From positions 949 to 64,948 of the IMG/VR virus record IMGVR_UViG_3300047550_006373: DNA of 64,000 bases; one strand, written 5' to 3'. Under the pieces are notes generated by a model. That model saw only the letters and a program-made list of their open reading frames with translations, was not told the origin of the DNA and made no database searches. This DNA is from a virus (Duplodnaviria > Caudoviricetes). Every line of letters begins with the position of its first letter. Position 1 is the first letter of the stretch. This document shows positions 18,371 to 29,400 of this stretch, in pieces. Both the position numbers and the translations under genes were made by a program.

Positions 18371-19560
18371 ATCTTTTTGAAATATCTGGGATGAAGAAGA
18401 AGAAGATTCTTGTCAGAGGACCCGTATTGACTCAATCTGGCTATGGTGTTCATGCTCGTCAAATAGTAAAGTGGTTATTTGACAGAAAAGAACTAGACGT
18501 AGATGTGCAGGCTCTTCCTTGGGGAGATACTCCTTGGTTAATTGATAAAAACCTATATGACGGTTTTATTGGTAGAATTATGGAAAAAACTGTAGACCCA
18601 GCTGGGAGGGTCTATGATGCGACCATACAGATACAGCTCCCCAATGAATGGGATACTTCTTTCTCAAAGACAAACATTGGAGTCACAGCTTCTGTAGAGA
18701 CTGACAAATGTAATCCTGAATGGATCAATGACTGCAACAAGATGAGTCTCGTTATTGTCCCTTCGCAGCACGCTAAGAATAGTTTAACATCAACAGGAAC
18801 GGTAACAACTCGACTTTGTGTAGTTCCAGAAGCATTCTCCGAAGCTATCACTAGAAATGAGAAATCTAAAGTAGATGACGTTTGTTTCTCTACGAATTTC
18901 AACTTCTTAATTTTCGGCCAGATAACAGGGAACAACCCAGAAAATGAGAGAAAGAATATTTTCTATACTGTTAAGTGGCTCTGTGAAGTCTTTGAAAAGG
19001 ACAAAGACGTAGGAATTATCATAAAAACAAATTCAGGTAGAAACACTTGCATTGATAGAAAGCTTATTCAACAAACTTTTGAAAATCTTGTCAAGGAAGT
19101 TAGAAAAGGACCTTTCCCAAAGATTCATCTGTTACATGGAGATCTTTCTGATGAAGAAGTGGCTTCTCTATATAAGCATCGTAGTGTCAAGTCCTTAATC
19201 TCACTTACAAAAGGAGAAGGATACGGTCTTCCTATATTAGAAGCTGCGGCGTCGGCGCTTCCTGTTATTGCAACTAACTGGTCAGGTCACAAAGATTTTC
19301 TGTCTCATGGGAAATTTATTGAAATTGACTACAGACTACTAGAAATACATGGTTCGCGTGTTGACAACAAGATCTTCATGAAGGGTAGCAAATGGGCTAA
19401 TCCAATAGAGGAAGATTTTAAAAGAAAAGTTGCTAAGTTTAGATCTGGTTCTCTGATTCCAAAAGAGTGGGCTATCAGTCTGTCTCAAAAAATTCAAGAG
19501 AAATACTCTATAGAAGCTGTAAAATCACAGTATGACGAGGTAACAAAAGACTTAATATGA
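18367..19560 (+). CDS. GT4-family glycosyltransferase
   Basis: GPVLTQSGYGVHAR, IVPSQH, ERKNI, KGEGYGLPILEAAASALPVIATNWSGH. The start may be the ATG at 18391. Confidence 0.85.
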   Translation: MNLFEISGMKKKKILVRGPVLTQSGYGVHARQIVKWLFDRKELDVDVQALPWGDTPWLIDKNLYDGFIGRIMEKTVDPAGRVYDATIQIQLPNEWDTSFSKTNIGVTASVETDKCNPEWINDCNKMSLVIVPSQHAKNSLTSTGTVTTRLCVVPEAFSEAITRNEKSKVDDVCFSTNFNFLIFGQITGNNPENERKNIFYTVKWLCEVFEKDKDVGIIIKTNSGRNTCIDRKLIQQTFENLVKEVRKGPFPKIHLLHGDLSDEEVASLYKHRSVKSLISLTKGEGYGLPILEAAASALPVIATNWSGHKDFLSHGKFIEIDYRLLEIHGSRVDNKIFMKGSKWANPIEEDFKRKVAKFRSGSLIPKEWAISLSQKIQEKYSIEAVKSQYDEVTKDLI

Positions 19561-19871
19561 TTATTGCAATATTTTCATGTTTTTCGATTTCTCTTCTCAG
19601 TGCGCTTGTGATGAGCGTAAAGAAGAACATTGAATTCATGGAAACTTTTGATGATATTCAAGAATCCTTACAGCGTTCTCTTGAAATTCTAGAAGAACAA
19701 AAGGAAAAGATAAGTCAGAAATCAAAACTCGAAGTTTTTTCTGATGAACCAGTGGTAAGAAATCTAATAAGAGACATAGTTGAATCAAAAAATGCAGTCA
19801 TTAGTGTCGCAAAATTACTTGATGATTCTTTAGTCGAAGAAATAAATGAAAGCAAAGAAGCAAAAGAATGA
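19557..19871 (+). CDS. small membrane-anchored hypothetical protein
   Basis: Hydrophobic N-terminus (IIAIFSCFSISLLSALVM) followed by a charged helical region; ATGA-coupled on both sides. Confidence 0.55.
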   Translation: MIIAIFSCFSISLLSALVMSVKKNIEFMETFDDIQESLQRSLEILEEQKEKISQKSKLEVFSDEPVVRNLIRDIVESKNAVISVAKLLDDSLVEEINESKEAKE

Positions 19872-20656
19872 AAACAAACATTCCCAAAAAGAGAAGGGAG
19901 AGAAAGAATAAGAAAATCTCCGAAGAAATTGGATCTGATCCATCTCAAAAGAAAGAATCCAAAGAGGAGAAGGATAAGCTGAAGCTTTATTTCAATTCTG
20001 ACACTCAGGATGCAATAGTTGCATATCAGTCTGAGTCTTCCAAAAAAGAAAAAGACAAGCTTTATGTAGAGAAAATTCTTCCTGCTTTTAAAAAACTTGT
20101 AGAGAATTTAATAAACATTCACAAGTTTACTGGGATGCATGACACATACGAAGAGCTAAAGAACGACTGTGTGAATTTTTTATTTGAGACAATTCATAAG
20201 TTTGATGCCTCGCGTGGAACAAATGCTTTTTCTTATTTCAATGTTGTAGCAAAAAACTGGCTGATCATAAAGACAAAACAAAAGTCGCAAAGGACGAAGA
20301 AGAGTGTAAGTCTGGATGATCCGTTGTCACTCACGACTCATGAATCTTTAATAATAGAAGAACACAACACTGTAGAAGTAAACGACCTCTTCTTTGAGAC
20401 AAATAGCTCAGGAGAAAGCACCGTAGGCCTCCTATATGAAATAAGATCCAGGGTAAAGACTGAAAATGAGCTTACTTGTATCAATGCAATAATTACAATT
20501 TTTGAAAATATAGATGAGATAGATTTGCTTAACAAGAGCGCAGTCCTTTTATACATGAGAGAGTTGTCAGGATTGTCTCCAAAACAATTAACAACTGCAA
20601 TGCAATCAATAAAGAGAAGATACAAGAAGTCTAGATTTGACTTTAGAGATGCATAA
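19868..20656 (+). CDS. phage sigma-factor-like protein (T4 gp55-like late sigma)
   Basis: EELKNDCVNFLFETIHKFDASRGTNAFSYFNVVAKNWL resembles sigma region 2 of gp55-like proteins (FD...NxFxYF). Lies directly upstream of the baseplate genes. Confidence 0.6.
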   Translation: MKTNIPKKRRERKNKKISEEIGSDPSQKKESKEEKDKLKLYFNSDTQDAIVAYQSESSKKEKDKLYVEKILPAFKKLVENLINIHKFTGMHDTYEELKNDCVNFLFETIHKFDASRGTNAFSYFNVVAKNWLIIKTKQKSQRTKKSVSLDDPLSLTTHESLIIEEHNTVEVNDLFFETNSSGESTVGLLYEIRSRVKTENELTCINAIITIFENIDEIDLLNKSAVLLYMRELSGLSPKQLTTAMQSIKRRYKKSRFDFRDA

Positions 20657-20673
20657 GTCTATTGGTGACTGTC

Positions 20674-21027
20674 ATGAAAAAAGTAAAAACAGATATGACA
20701 CTTGAAGAAAAAATTAAAGATTTTTCAGACTTGTTGCATCAAATAGATGGGGTTACTGATAAGAAGAAGAGATTGTGGAAAGAAATATATGAAAATGCTG
20801 TAACTGATAGACAGAATGCATATGTTTTGTTCACAACATTGGTAGAAATGGTACAGGACAAGAGCACTGAACATGCCATCCACGGAAAAACAATGGCCAC
20901 CTATATAGAAAGAATGAGCAGGGCTAACGATCAAATAATAAAACTTGCAGAGCTTGTATCTAAGTCAGAAGAAAAGCAAGAAGAAGAAATAGACCCAGAA
21001 GAAATGTTTAAAAAGATAGGGTCGTAG
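20674..21027 (+). CDS. hypothetical helical protein
   Basis: Fills the gap between the sigma-like and spike genes; ATG 20674 after GGTGA. Confidence 0.6.
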   Translation: MKKVKTDMTLEEKIKDFSDLLHQIDGVTDKKKRLWKEIYENAVTDRQNAYVLFTTLVEMVQDKSTEHAIHGKTMATYIERMSRANDQIIKLAELVSKSEEKQEEEIDPEEMFKKIGS

Positions 21028-21029
21028 TT

Positions 21030-22493
21030 ATGACGCTTAAGTCTTCTACAAAAACCAAATTTTCTGACAACCTTCGAGAAATAGCAGAAGGAAGATTTGA
21101 CTCTGAAAATTATGTTCCTTCTCCTCACCAATCGTCTACATTTGTAAGAATGATTGTAATGGACGTAGTTTCTGATCCAAACACGGATCTAAAGACTGAA
21201 GATAAGAAGATTTTATGGCAGTCACTTGGCGTGACGAACATGAAGTATGCAGATTCTTTGCCAAGAAATACAATTATTGCAAAAAAAATAGGGGCAGACG
21301 AAGGCCCGATGTTCGTCTTTCCCTTCTTTCCGTCACACCTTTCCATGCCGTGTAAACCCGGAGAATGCATGTGGGTTATGTTTGAAAATCCCAATGCATC
21401 AGAAGCAGATATGGCATTCTGGTTCTGCAGAATAGTTGAGCCACATTTCTCTGATGACGTTAATCACACACATCTGGGAAATTCTTTTGAGACCTCTAGG
21501 TCTCTTACAAAGAAAGAAAGAGTTGAAAGAGAAAAATCAGGTCAATCGCCTGCCGCAGAAGCAAGTGAGTTAAGAAATGGGCCAGTGATTCTTGTCGAAG
21601 GTGAGAGAAGAACTGCAACAAGTAACATCTTTCTAAGAGGAGAAAGCGAAGATATCTTCGAAAAAATAATAACCAATTCAGATGCTTCAAAATTAATGTC
21701 TTATGGATCAATTCCAAGATTCAGAAAAAGACCTGGAGATGTTGTCTTAGAGGGTACAAATAATACGCTTGTTGTTCTTGGAACCGATAGATTAGGAGAC
21801 ATAAAAAAGACAGAATTTGAAAGTGGAGCTATTGATATAGTGGCCGGTAGAGGACAAATTTCTGAAACTTACGGAAAAGAAATATCGACCACAAGTCTTA
21901 AAAATAAAGAAAAAGAAATAAAGAAAGAGATTAGTAAATCTCTAGAAGATTTAAAGACCAGAGAGGGAGATCCTGATTTTAGAAATGACAGGAGCAGAAT
22001 TTTAATTTCTCAGCGTACTTCCGTAGATAAAAATTTCGAAATAACATCTTACAATCAGAAATTTCAAAAGCCTGAAGTCAAAGACTCAGATTCGGGAGAC
22101 GCAGCAATTGTCATCAAGTCTGATAAGATCAGAATGATATCTCGATCTGATGTTGAGATACTTGTTACAGGATTTGAAACAGTAGCTGCTCCTGACAAGA
22201 GCGAAAAGAAAGAACAGAACGACGACTCAGATAAATGGGCATCCATTGTGATAAAATCTAACGGAGACATAGTCTTTACTCCCTCTAAAAAAGGTGTTAT
22301 TAAGCTGGGTGGAGATGATGCTCATCTTGCAGTATTGTGTGAATCTGCAAGTCCCGGGTATGAAGTGACGGGAGAAGTAAAAGGCACACCAATAATTGAC
22401 ACAATGGGAGGAATTCAAGGTTCTTCTCCTGATGGTGTGCTTAAAGGTGGTACGGGATTAGGAACATTTGCTAAAAAAGTACTTCTGAAGTAA
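21030..22493 (+). CDS. baseplate hub/spike protein (gp5/Vgr OB-fold-like)
   Basis: FPFF...PCKPGECMWVMF OB-fold-like segment, GDVVLEG.NN..VLG and IVIKSDKIRMISR beta-helix-like repeats; sits just before the gp25-like gene. Confidence 0.6.
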   Translation: MTLKSSTKTKFSDNLREIAEGRFDSENYVPSPHQSSTFVRMIVMDVVSDPNTDLKTEDKKILWQSLGVTNMKYADSLPRNTIIAKKIGADEGPMFVFPFFPSHLSMPCKPGECMWVMFENPNASEADMAFWFCRIVEPHFSDDVNHTHLGNSFETSRSLTKKERVEREKSGQSPAAEASELRNGPVILVEGERRTATSNIFLRGESEDIFEKIITNSDASKLMSYGSIPRFRKRPGDVVLEGTNNTLVVLGTDRLGDIKKTEFESGAIDIVAGRGQISETYGKEISTTSLKNKEKEIKKEISKSLEDLKTREGDPDFRNDRSRILISQRTSVDKNFEITSYNQKFQKPEVKDSDSGDAAIVIKSDKIRMISRSDVEILVTGFETVAAPDKSEKKEQNDDSDKWASIVIKSNGDIVFTPSKKGVIKLGGDDAHLAVLCESASPGYEVTGEVKGTPIIDTMGGIQGSSPDGVLKGGTGLGTFAKKVLLK

Positions 22494-22548
22494 ATTTTCT
22501 GTATAAAAACTTCATACGTCAAAGCGGACTGATTGATAGTTAAGTCCT

Positions 22549-23016
22549 ATGGCGTCATATAGTTTCAAAAGTGTCGGAAAGACAAAAGAGAAAATTGCAG
22601 AAGAGACTATAACGAAGTCTCTTATACCGTACGGAATCAAGACACCCATGTCTCTTGGCGTCGGAGAAGGAATTTTTTCTATGAACTATAGCTTGGCGGA
22701 TCAATTCTCTGACAATTTAAGAAATTTACTCTTAACAAATTGGGGAGAAAGATTAGGCCTCTATGACTTTGGAGCAAATTTAAGACCCCTAACCACTGAA
22801 TTTTCATCTCAGGATAATTTTGATAATGAAGCTATAAGCAGAATAAAAAGTGCAGTTCAGAAATGGATGCCCTTCATCGATCTAGAAGATTTTACTTCAA
22901 CTGTAGACAGACAGGAAAATAAGAACACTGCAATTATTAAGGTAACTATCACATACAACATACCTGCACTTGAGGTAACAAAAAAGTCTCTTCAAATTGT
23001 TCTATACGTTATATGA
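22549..23016 (+). CDS. baseplate wedge protein, gp25/GPW-like
   Basis: NLRNLLLTNWGERLGLYDFGANL and I..AVQKWMPFI are the gp25 signature. Confidence 0.88.
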   Translation: MASYSFKSVGKTKEKIAEETITKSLIPYGIKTPMSLGVGEGIFSMNYSLADQFSDNLRNLLLTNWGERLGLYDFGANLRPLTTEFSSQDNFDNEAISRIKSAVQKWMPFIDLEDFTSTVDRQENKNTAIIKVTITYNIPALEVTKKSLQIVLYVI

Positions 23017-23034
23017 TAATTTGCTTATTTACAG

Positions 23035-24906
23035 ATGGAATTAAAAATGGCAATCAACGATAACAAAACTGCGATTAAGTCTGTAAGACAAAGAAATTAT
23101 TTAGCAAGAGATTTTGATGGATTCAGGACAGTCCTGTTGGACTACGCAAGACAATATTATCCAGATAGAATACAAGACTTTTCTGAATCTTCCGTGGGCG
23201 GCCTTTTTTTGGACATGGCAGCTTACATTGGCGACAACATGTCTTTCTATCTGGACCACCTCTACGGAGAACTCAATAACGAAACAGTTGTTGAGACAGT
23301 TAACATAGAGAGAGCATTGAGAAGCTCAGGGGTTCCAATCGTTGGGGCATCTTCATCTATTGCAACAGTAGATTTTTACATAGAGGTACCTGTATTGGGA
23401 GACGGTACATTAAAGCCTAATCCAAATCTTCTTCCGACAATCCTGGCGGGTGCAATAATTTCGTCGGATAGCGGGATAGAATTTACGCTCTTAGAAGATG
23501 TTCAATTTTGGGACGTAAATTCGAAAACCGGCGAAATAGTAGTGGATTCAAAAGTAGAAGTAGTAAATGGAAGGCGAATTAATGGTGAAATAGTAACAAA
23601 AATTTTAAAGAAACCAGGAGTATGTGCGTCTGGAGCGCAGGCAACTGACACCTTTACCATAGGTGATTTCGTACAGTTCAGAAAACTCTCCCTAGGTAAT
23701 TCAAATGTAACACAAATTCTTTCTGTTACGGACTCGCTGGGAAACACTTACTACGAAGTAGAAAATCTGACACATGACGTAGTCTACAAGAGTGTTATTA
23801 ATAACTCTAACACTTCTCTAGTACGTGACAATCTAAAAGCAGTCCCTGCGCCTTACAGATTTGTCAAAGAAGTCTCTTTGACTGACAGGAGAACAACACT
23901 TATTTTCGGAGGCGGCACGGCGGACAATCTAGAAGACGATGTCGTCCCTGATCCGTCAGAGTTCTCTATTCCGCTTCCCTTCTCTCAGACTTTTTCAAGA
24001 GTGCCTGTTAATCCTCAGAAACTACTTCAGACATCTACGCTAGGAGTTGCTGGTGCAAATACAACACTAAGTGTAACTTATAGATACGGTGGCGGTCTTT
24101 CGCACAATGTTCCTGCCAATACAATTAGAAGCATTTCAAATATCTCAATATCATTTCCAAACAACCCGACCCCAGGACAGCAAGCGCAAATTAGAGGCTC
24201 AATAGAAGCTTCTAACCCAAATGCAGCCTCTGGTGGTGAAGATTCTCCTACTGCAGAAGAACTGCTAGCTCTTGCCCCTACAATTAGAAACTCTCAGGAA
24301 AGAATTGTTACCAAGGAAGATCTTCTCTCGAGAGTTTATACGATGCCAAGTAACTTTGGAAGAGTATTTAGAGCTTCGATTGTAAAGAACCCAAACAATC
24401 CAATGGCGTCGAGACTCTTCATAATATCGAGAAATCCCGACAACGAATTAATCATCTCGCCAGATGATTTAAAAATAAACTTAAAGAGATACTTGAATTC
24501 TTACAGAATGATATCCGATGCAATCGACGTCATGGATGCAGGAATAATAAACCTCGAGATATTCTTTCAAATAGTCGTAGATCCTTCTCTTAATAAACAG
24601 CTCGTGCTACAGAGCATAATTTCCGATCTTAAGACCCAATTTGCAATAAAAAACTTTCACATTGGACAGCCGATAGTCATATCAGACATAGTCTCAACAA
24701 TATTTTCAAAATCCGGCGTAATATCAGTCGATTCCATTAAGATTAATAATCTGAACGGAACAGTGAAAAATAGACAGTATTCTCCCGTATCATTCGATGT
24801 ACAGCTCAATACCAAGAATCAGATAATCTACCCACCAGAAGGAACTATATTCGAGATAAAATACCCAGACATCAACATCGTTGGAAAGTGTGTCACTAAT
24901 CTTTGA
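23035..24906 (+). CDS. baseplate wedge subunit, T4 gp6/baseplate J-like
   Basis: YLARDFDGFR, DFSESSVGGLFLDMAAYIGDNMSFYLD, VTYRYGGG, ASGGED, QERIVTKED. The start may be the ATG at 23047. Confidence 0.88.
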   Translation: MELKMAINDNKTAIKSVRQRNYLARDFDGFRTVLLDYARQYYPDRIQDFSESSVGGLFLDMAAYIGDNMSFYLDHLYGELNNETVVETVNIERALRSSGVPIVGASSSIATVDFYIEVPVLGDGTLKPNPNLLPTILAGAIISSDSGIEFTLLEDVQFWDVNSKTGEIVVDSKVEVVNGRRINGEIVTKILKKPGVCASGAQATDTFTIGDFVQFRKLSLGNSNVTQILSVTDSLGNTYYEVENLTHDVVYKSVINNSNTSLVRDNLKAVPAPYRFVKEVSLTDRRTTLIFGGGTADNLEDDVVPDPSEFSIPLPFSQTFSRVPVNPQKLLQTSTLGVAGANTTLSVTYRYGGGLSHNVPANTIRSISNISISFPNNPTPGQQAQIRGSIEASNPNAASGGEDSPTAEELLALAPTIRNSQERIVTKEDLLSRVYTMPSNFGRVFRASIVKNPNNPMASRLFIISRNPDNELIISPDDLKINLKRYLNSYRMISDAIDVMDAGIINLEIFFQIVVDPSLNKQLVLQSIISDLKTQFAIKNFHIGQPIVISDIVSTIFSKSGVISVDSIKINNLNGTVKNRQYSPVSFDVQLNTKNQIIYPPEGTIFEIKYPDINIVGKCVTNL

Positions 24907-24918
24907 TAGGAAAAGATA

Positions 24919-26415
24919 ATGATAAAAATAGTCAAAGCAGACAAAGACGCCTACATTACCAACAAGGTAATTCGTGGTGAAAGAAAAAATAATTCAAACA
25001 CGGGCGGATCTGGTACGCTTGACTTGTTCAAGATTTATGGTGCGTCTTTTTCAGGATCGTCTCCAAACACAGAACTTTCACGGATTCTAATTCACTTTGA
25101 TATATCGTCTGTAAAATACTTGGCAAGCCAAGGGAAGCTGGATTTTGGTGACAGCAGTTTTTGGTGTAAATTATACCTGAATGATGTATATGGCGGACAG
25201 ACAACTCCTGTAAACTTCGACGTGAGCGTATTTCCGCTTTCTTCTTCTTTTAGTGAGGGTGTAGGAAAAGATATAACTTACTTTTCAGACTATGATTCAT
25301 GCAACTGGATCTCTTCTTCTATGGGCGAGACTTGGGGTTCTGAGGGCTGCAGCTTGGCTTGCTTTGCAACAGGATCTGGCGATTACATAACAAGCTCGAT
25401 TAGTCTTCCGAGCACTGAGGTGGTTCAAAGGTTCGTTGATGGGTCTGAAGATCTCATAATAGATGTGACATCTATTATGTCTGCAACTCTGTCTGGAGAG
25501 CTGCCCGATAGCGGTCTTAGAATAAGTTTAAAAAATACTTTAGAGAACAATAATCAGACTTATTTTGTCAAAAGATTCGCGTCACGTAGTGCTTACAGTG
25601 AATTAAAAAGACCAAAAATGGTGTTTGGGTTTGATGATTCTGTTTCGGACGATACACAAAATTTGACATTTGATACAAACTGCAAGATAAATCTCTACAA
25701 TTATGCAGGCGGATCTTTGACTGATATTCTATCAGGTAGCAGCTTAACTACAATATCTGGTGAAAACTGTTTGCTTCTTAAGCTTTTAACAGAAGTATCT
25801 GGCGGGTCTTACGCCGCTGTCGTCACAGGTTCACAGCTTAAAAAGGGACAAAATGCAGTGGATGGTGTGTATTCTGCAACGGTAAACTTGTCATCGAGCG
25901 ATCCCGTTTTTAGCTCAAAGCTTTTACAGTCGAGCTCAATTGAATTCACACCAGTCTGGTCGTCTCTTGATAATACAGTCGGGTATTTGACAGGAAGCAA
26001 GATATATTTCAAAAAACCAGAAAGAAAATCGTCTGTAGATGCTAAGAAATTTGTGATTACAATCACAGACCTAAAAGATTCCTATGATATCACAGAAGAA
26101 CAGCATGTCAGAGTAAACATATTTGATGAATCCAATCCCAAGATCAAATTGTCAAGACTTCCCGTAGAGTCTCCTCGATCAGTGATAAAAAGCGTTTTTT
26201 ATCAAGTGAGAGATGCAGTATCGCAAGATGTGGTAATTCCTTTTGACGAAGAGAAGAATTCAACAAAAGTTTCAAGTGATTCCGACGGAATGTTTTTTGT
26301 TCTTGACATGTCGAACCTTTCCCGTGGAAGAACTTACAAAATAGACGTAATGATATCTCATAACGGAATGAGAAGTACATTTCAAGACGTCTCAGGAATT
26401 TTCAAGATTGAATAG
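24919..26415 (+). CDS. putative virion/baseplate protein (N-terminal DNRLRE-like beta domain)
   Basis: ADKDAYI...NTGG...SRILIHFD pattern; beta-rich; follows the gp6-like gene. Confidence 0.5.
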   Translation: MIKIVKADKDAYITNKVIRGERKNNSNTGGSGTLDLFKIYGASFSGSSPNTELSRILIHFDISSVKYLASQGKLDFGDSSFWCKLYLNDVYGGQTTPVNFDVSVFPLSSSFSEGVGKDITYFSDYDSCNWISSSMGETWGSEGCSLACFATGSGDYITSSISLPSTEVVQRFVDGSEDLIIDVTSIMSATLSGELPDSGLRISLKNTLENNNQTYFVKRFASRSAYSELKRPKMVFGFDDSVSDDTQNLTFDTNCKINLYNYAGGSLTDILSGSSLTTISGENCLLLKLLTEVSGGSYAAVVTGSQLKKGQNAVDGVYSATVNLSSSDPVFSSKLLQSSSIEFTPVWSSLDNTVGYLTGSKIYFKKPERKSSVDAKKFVITITDLKDSYDITEEQHVRVNIFDESNPKIKLSRLPVESPRSVIKSVFYQVRDAVSQDVVIPFDEEKNSTKVSSDSDGMFFVLDMSNLSRGRTYKIDVMISHNGMRSTFQDVSGIFKIE

Positions 26416-26432
26416 AGCATGAGGAGAAAAAA

Positions 26433-29400
26433 ATGACAACACGTTCCAACTCTCCTTTTGTTCCGTCTTTCTTAAAGAGTTCTACAAAAGAATCAAAACC
26501 AATACAGTTGAGTTATTCAGATTTTAATCTTTCCGACTCAAACAGTGATAGTCAAGATTCTTTCAAATATGATCCACTGGATTACCCTTTAAAAAGCACG
26601 CAGCAATTAAATCTAGACTGGTCAAAATTTGAAAATCATACGTTCTTCTCTTCAGCAGAGGTGAAAGTTAACGAAGCTTTCAACAAGATCATTAACAGCT
26701 ATCCCTTTGACGGAACAAAAAAAGAAGTCGAACAATTTCTTGACTCTCTTACTGGGTACGAAAAGTGGATTTTTGATTCTTTTCCATGCTGGTCTGGCGC
26801 ATTACACTTTTCAGGTACACAAGTTGGAGAAGTTCCTTCATTAACAAGCGGAAATTGGATTTCTGTAAAGGACAAATCGGGTACTTTATTCCCTGAATTG
26901 TCAAAGAATAACACAGGCGAGACGGTCTTAAATCCAGACGAAGAAGCGTCTCTTTCAGTAGAATTTCTTTTATCTCTACCGACAATCACAAATGATACGC
27001 AAGTTATTTTTCAGAAATCATCATCTACCGACAACGGATTTACTTTTTATCTTCAGCCTTCTGCCGCTACAAACGTTGCAAATGCTGTCTTTTGTGTAAC
27101 TTCTGGATCTGTGAGAAACAGTGTGTCTGCTCCTCTTGAAAAGGGAAGATACAATCATATTTGTTTGATTTTAAACAAGCAAGACGCAAGAGAACACACG
27201 CTTCAATTTTTTGTCAATGAGAGGCTTGTGTCACAGAGCAGCGAGCTTTTGAGAATCAAGAAGCTTAATATTGATGATTCAAATTTTCTAATCGGATCAG
27301 GAAGTTCTTTTTATTCTACAAACTCTCTCATCACACCAACACAAACGCTAAGTGGATCACTCGATGAGTTTAGAGTTTTTCACTCCGTGAGAGATGAAAA
27401 GCTGCAAAAACTATATTCATCGAGAGGTCTGTATTCATCCCCAGACTTAAAGCTTTATTATAGATTTAATGAGCCATCAGGATCACTATCGCTAAGTGAA
27501 AACTCTTCAATAAATTCAATAGTTCTTGACAGCTCAGGAAATTCTCTTCATTCAAACATAAACAATTATAATCAGGGTCTACGGCTGGATGTTTCTTCCG
27601 ATGAAAACAATCTGCTGGTGAATGAGAAAAAAGAATTTCAAAAGATACTATTCCCAGCACACTCAGAAATACTCAATTTTAATGCCAATCTTTTAGTATC
27701 GGCAAGTAATTTTGACAGAAGCAATCCAAACAATATTATAAAGCTAATACCTCAACACTATCTTTTGGAGGGTGCTTCTCAAGATGGATTTTCAAGCGTA
27801 GAAGGCAATGGTGGAGACCCATATGGAGGAGATGGAATACCAGGACAAGGAAAAAAGGGGTCTGTACAAATTATACTGTCTTTTCTTTACATCTGGGCTA
27901 AGTTCTTTGACGAATTAAAAGCGTACGTCGACGCCTTCGCGACGCTAAAGACAGTCAGCTATGATGAAAAAGAAAGTGTACCTGACAATTTCTTGGAAGA
28001 CATAGTCAGGCACTACGGATTCTATCTTCCGAAATTCTTTAACAATACGTCTGTGGAGCAATTTTCAGAAGGAGAGTCGATCGACGGCTTCACGAGTTAT
28101 GAAACTCCTTTAAAAAAGATACAGTCGATTTTATTGAGAAGAGTGCTAATAAACATGCCTGATATCATCAGATCAAAGGGCACTCAGCACAGCATAAGAT
28201 CTTTCTTGAGATCAATAGGAATAGATCCTGACAATAGTCTCAAGATAAGGGAGTATGGTGGCCCTTCAATAAAGCAGATATCCGCTTCAAGAGAGAAACG
28301 AATTGAATCTTCTGCGATGGTGGATTTTTTAACTTCCTCGCTTGTCATGACTTCGCCTCTTTCGGCATCAAGAATAGAACCAGGATTCCCAGAGCCAGTA
28401 GGAAATTTTTATCTAGACGCTGGTGGCACTTCGGCTGGTACAAACTATAGATGGGACGGATTGCTGACTTCAGGATCGTGGAACGTAGAAGGAATTTTTA
28501 AGATTCCGCCTCAAAATCTCGTCTCCGCGGGCGACCAAGTACAGTCTCTATTCAGAATGATTGTCACCGGTAGTAATTCAACTTCTCAGGTTGGTTTGAT
28601 CACAAATGTTGTTGCAACTCAAAAATCAGACTATCCAAAACAATCTTCAAAGCTGCAGGTTTTTATCAGACCGGGTATGTCGACTTCATCTCCCGTGTTA
28701 ACGCTAAGCCTTGACATGAGAGGAAAAGGAATTTTTGATGGAGATGTGTGGAATGTTGCTCTAGGCTGTGAGAGAAATGATCAAATTGGATCAAATATTT
28801 CATCATCTTATTACCTGAGAGTGGGCAAGTGCGACGCAGGCCAATTATCTGAGACTTACGTTACATCTTCATATTTCTACGAACAAGTTTCAGGAGAAGG
28901 AAATGCATTCAGGACAGGATCTCTTGAGAATAATTCTCTCGGTCCAATTATTTCCATCGGAAAGAATCAAATTATTCCAAGCGGAATAGGCTATCTTTTC
29001 TTGAACGATACAATCAATGTCGATGATGAGGCAAGATTCACACAATTCTCAGGCAGAGCTGCAAATCTAAGATTCTGGTCGAAGTCTATGTCCATTGAAG
29101 AGTGGAAGGAGCACGTAAGAAATCCAAAATCGGTCGGAGTAAGTGATCCTCTAGTCAATTACAATTTTACAAAAAATTTGTCAGGATCATTCCAGAAATT
29201 GAGAATGGATACTCTTCAAAAACAACCAGAGAAAAATTCAAATAATACTGGAAACATACAGTTCCTAGACTTCAGTAAAAATAATCTGACAGCATCTGGC
29301 TCTGGTTTCGGAGCAGGCGGGAAAGTCTTGGTTGGAGAAATTCTCAATTATTCTTATCTTTCTCCTTACTTTGATGAGGCCGCAACTGAAGACAAGATAA

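Noticed and set aside
1-19560. Cellular LPS/O-antigen or capsule locus
   Set aside because: No flippase, polymerase, ligase or housekeeping neighbours recognised; it is continuous with phage sigma-like and baseplate genes. Not fully excluded because the left end is cut.
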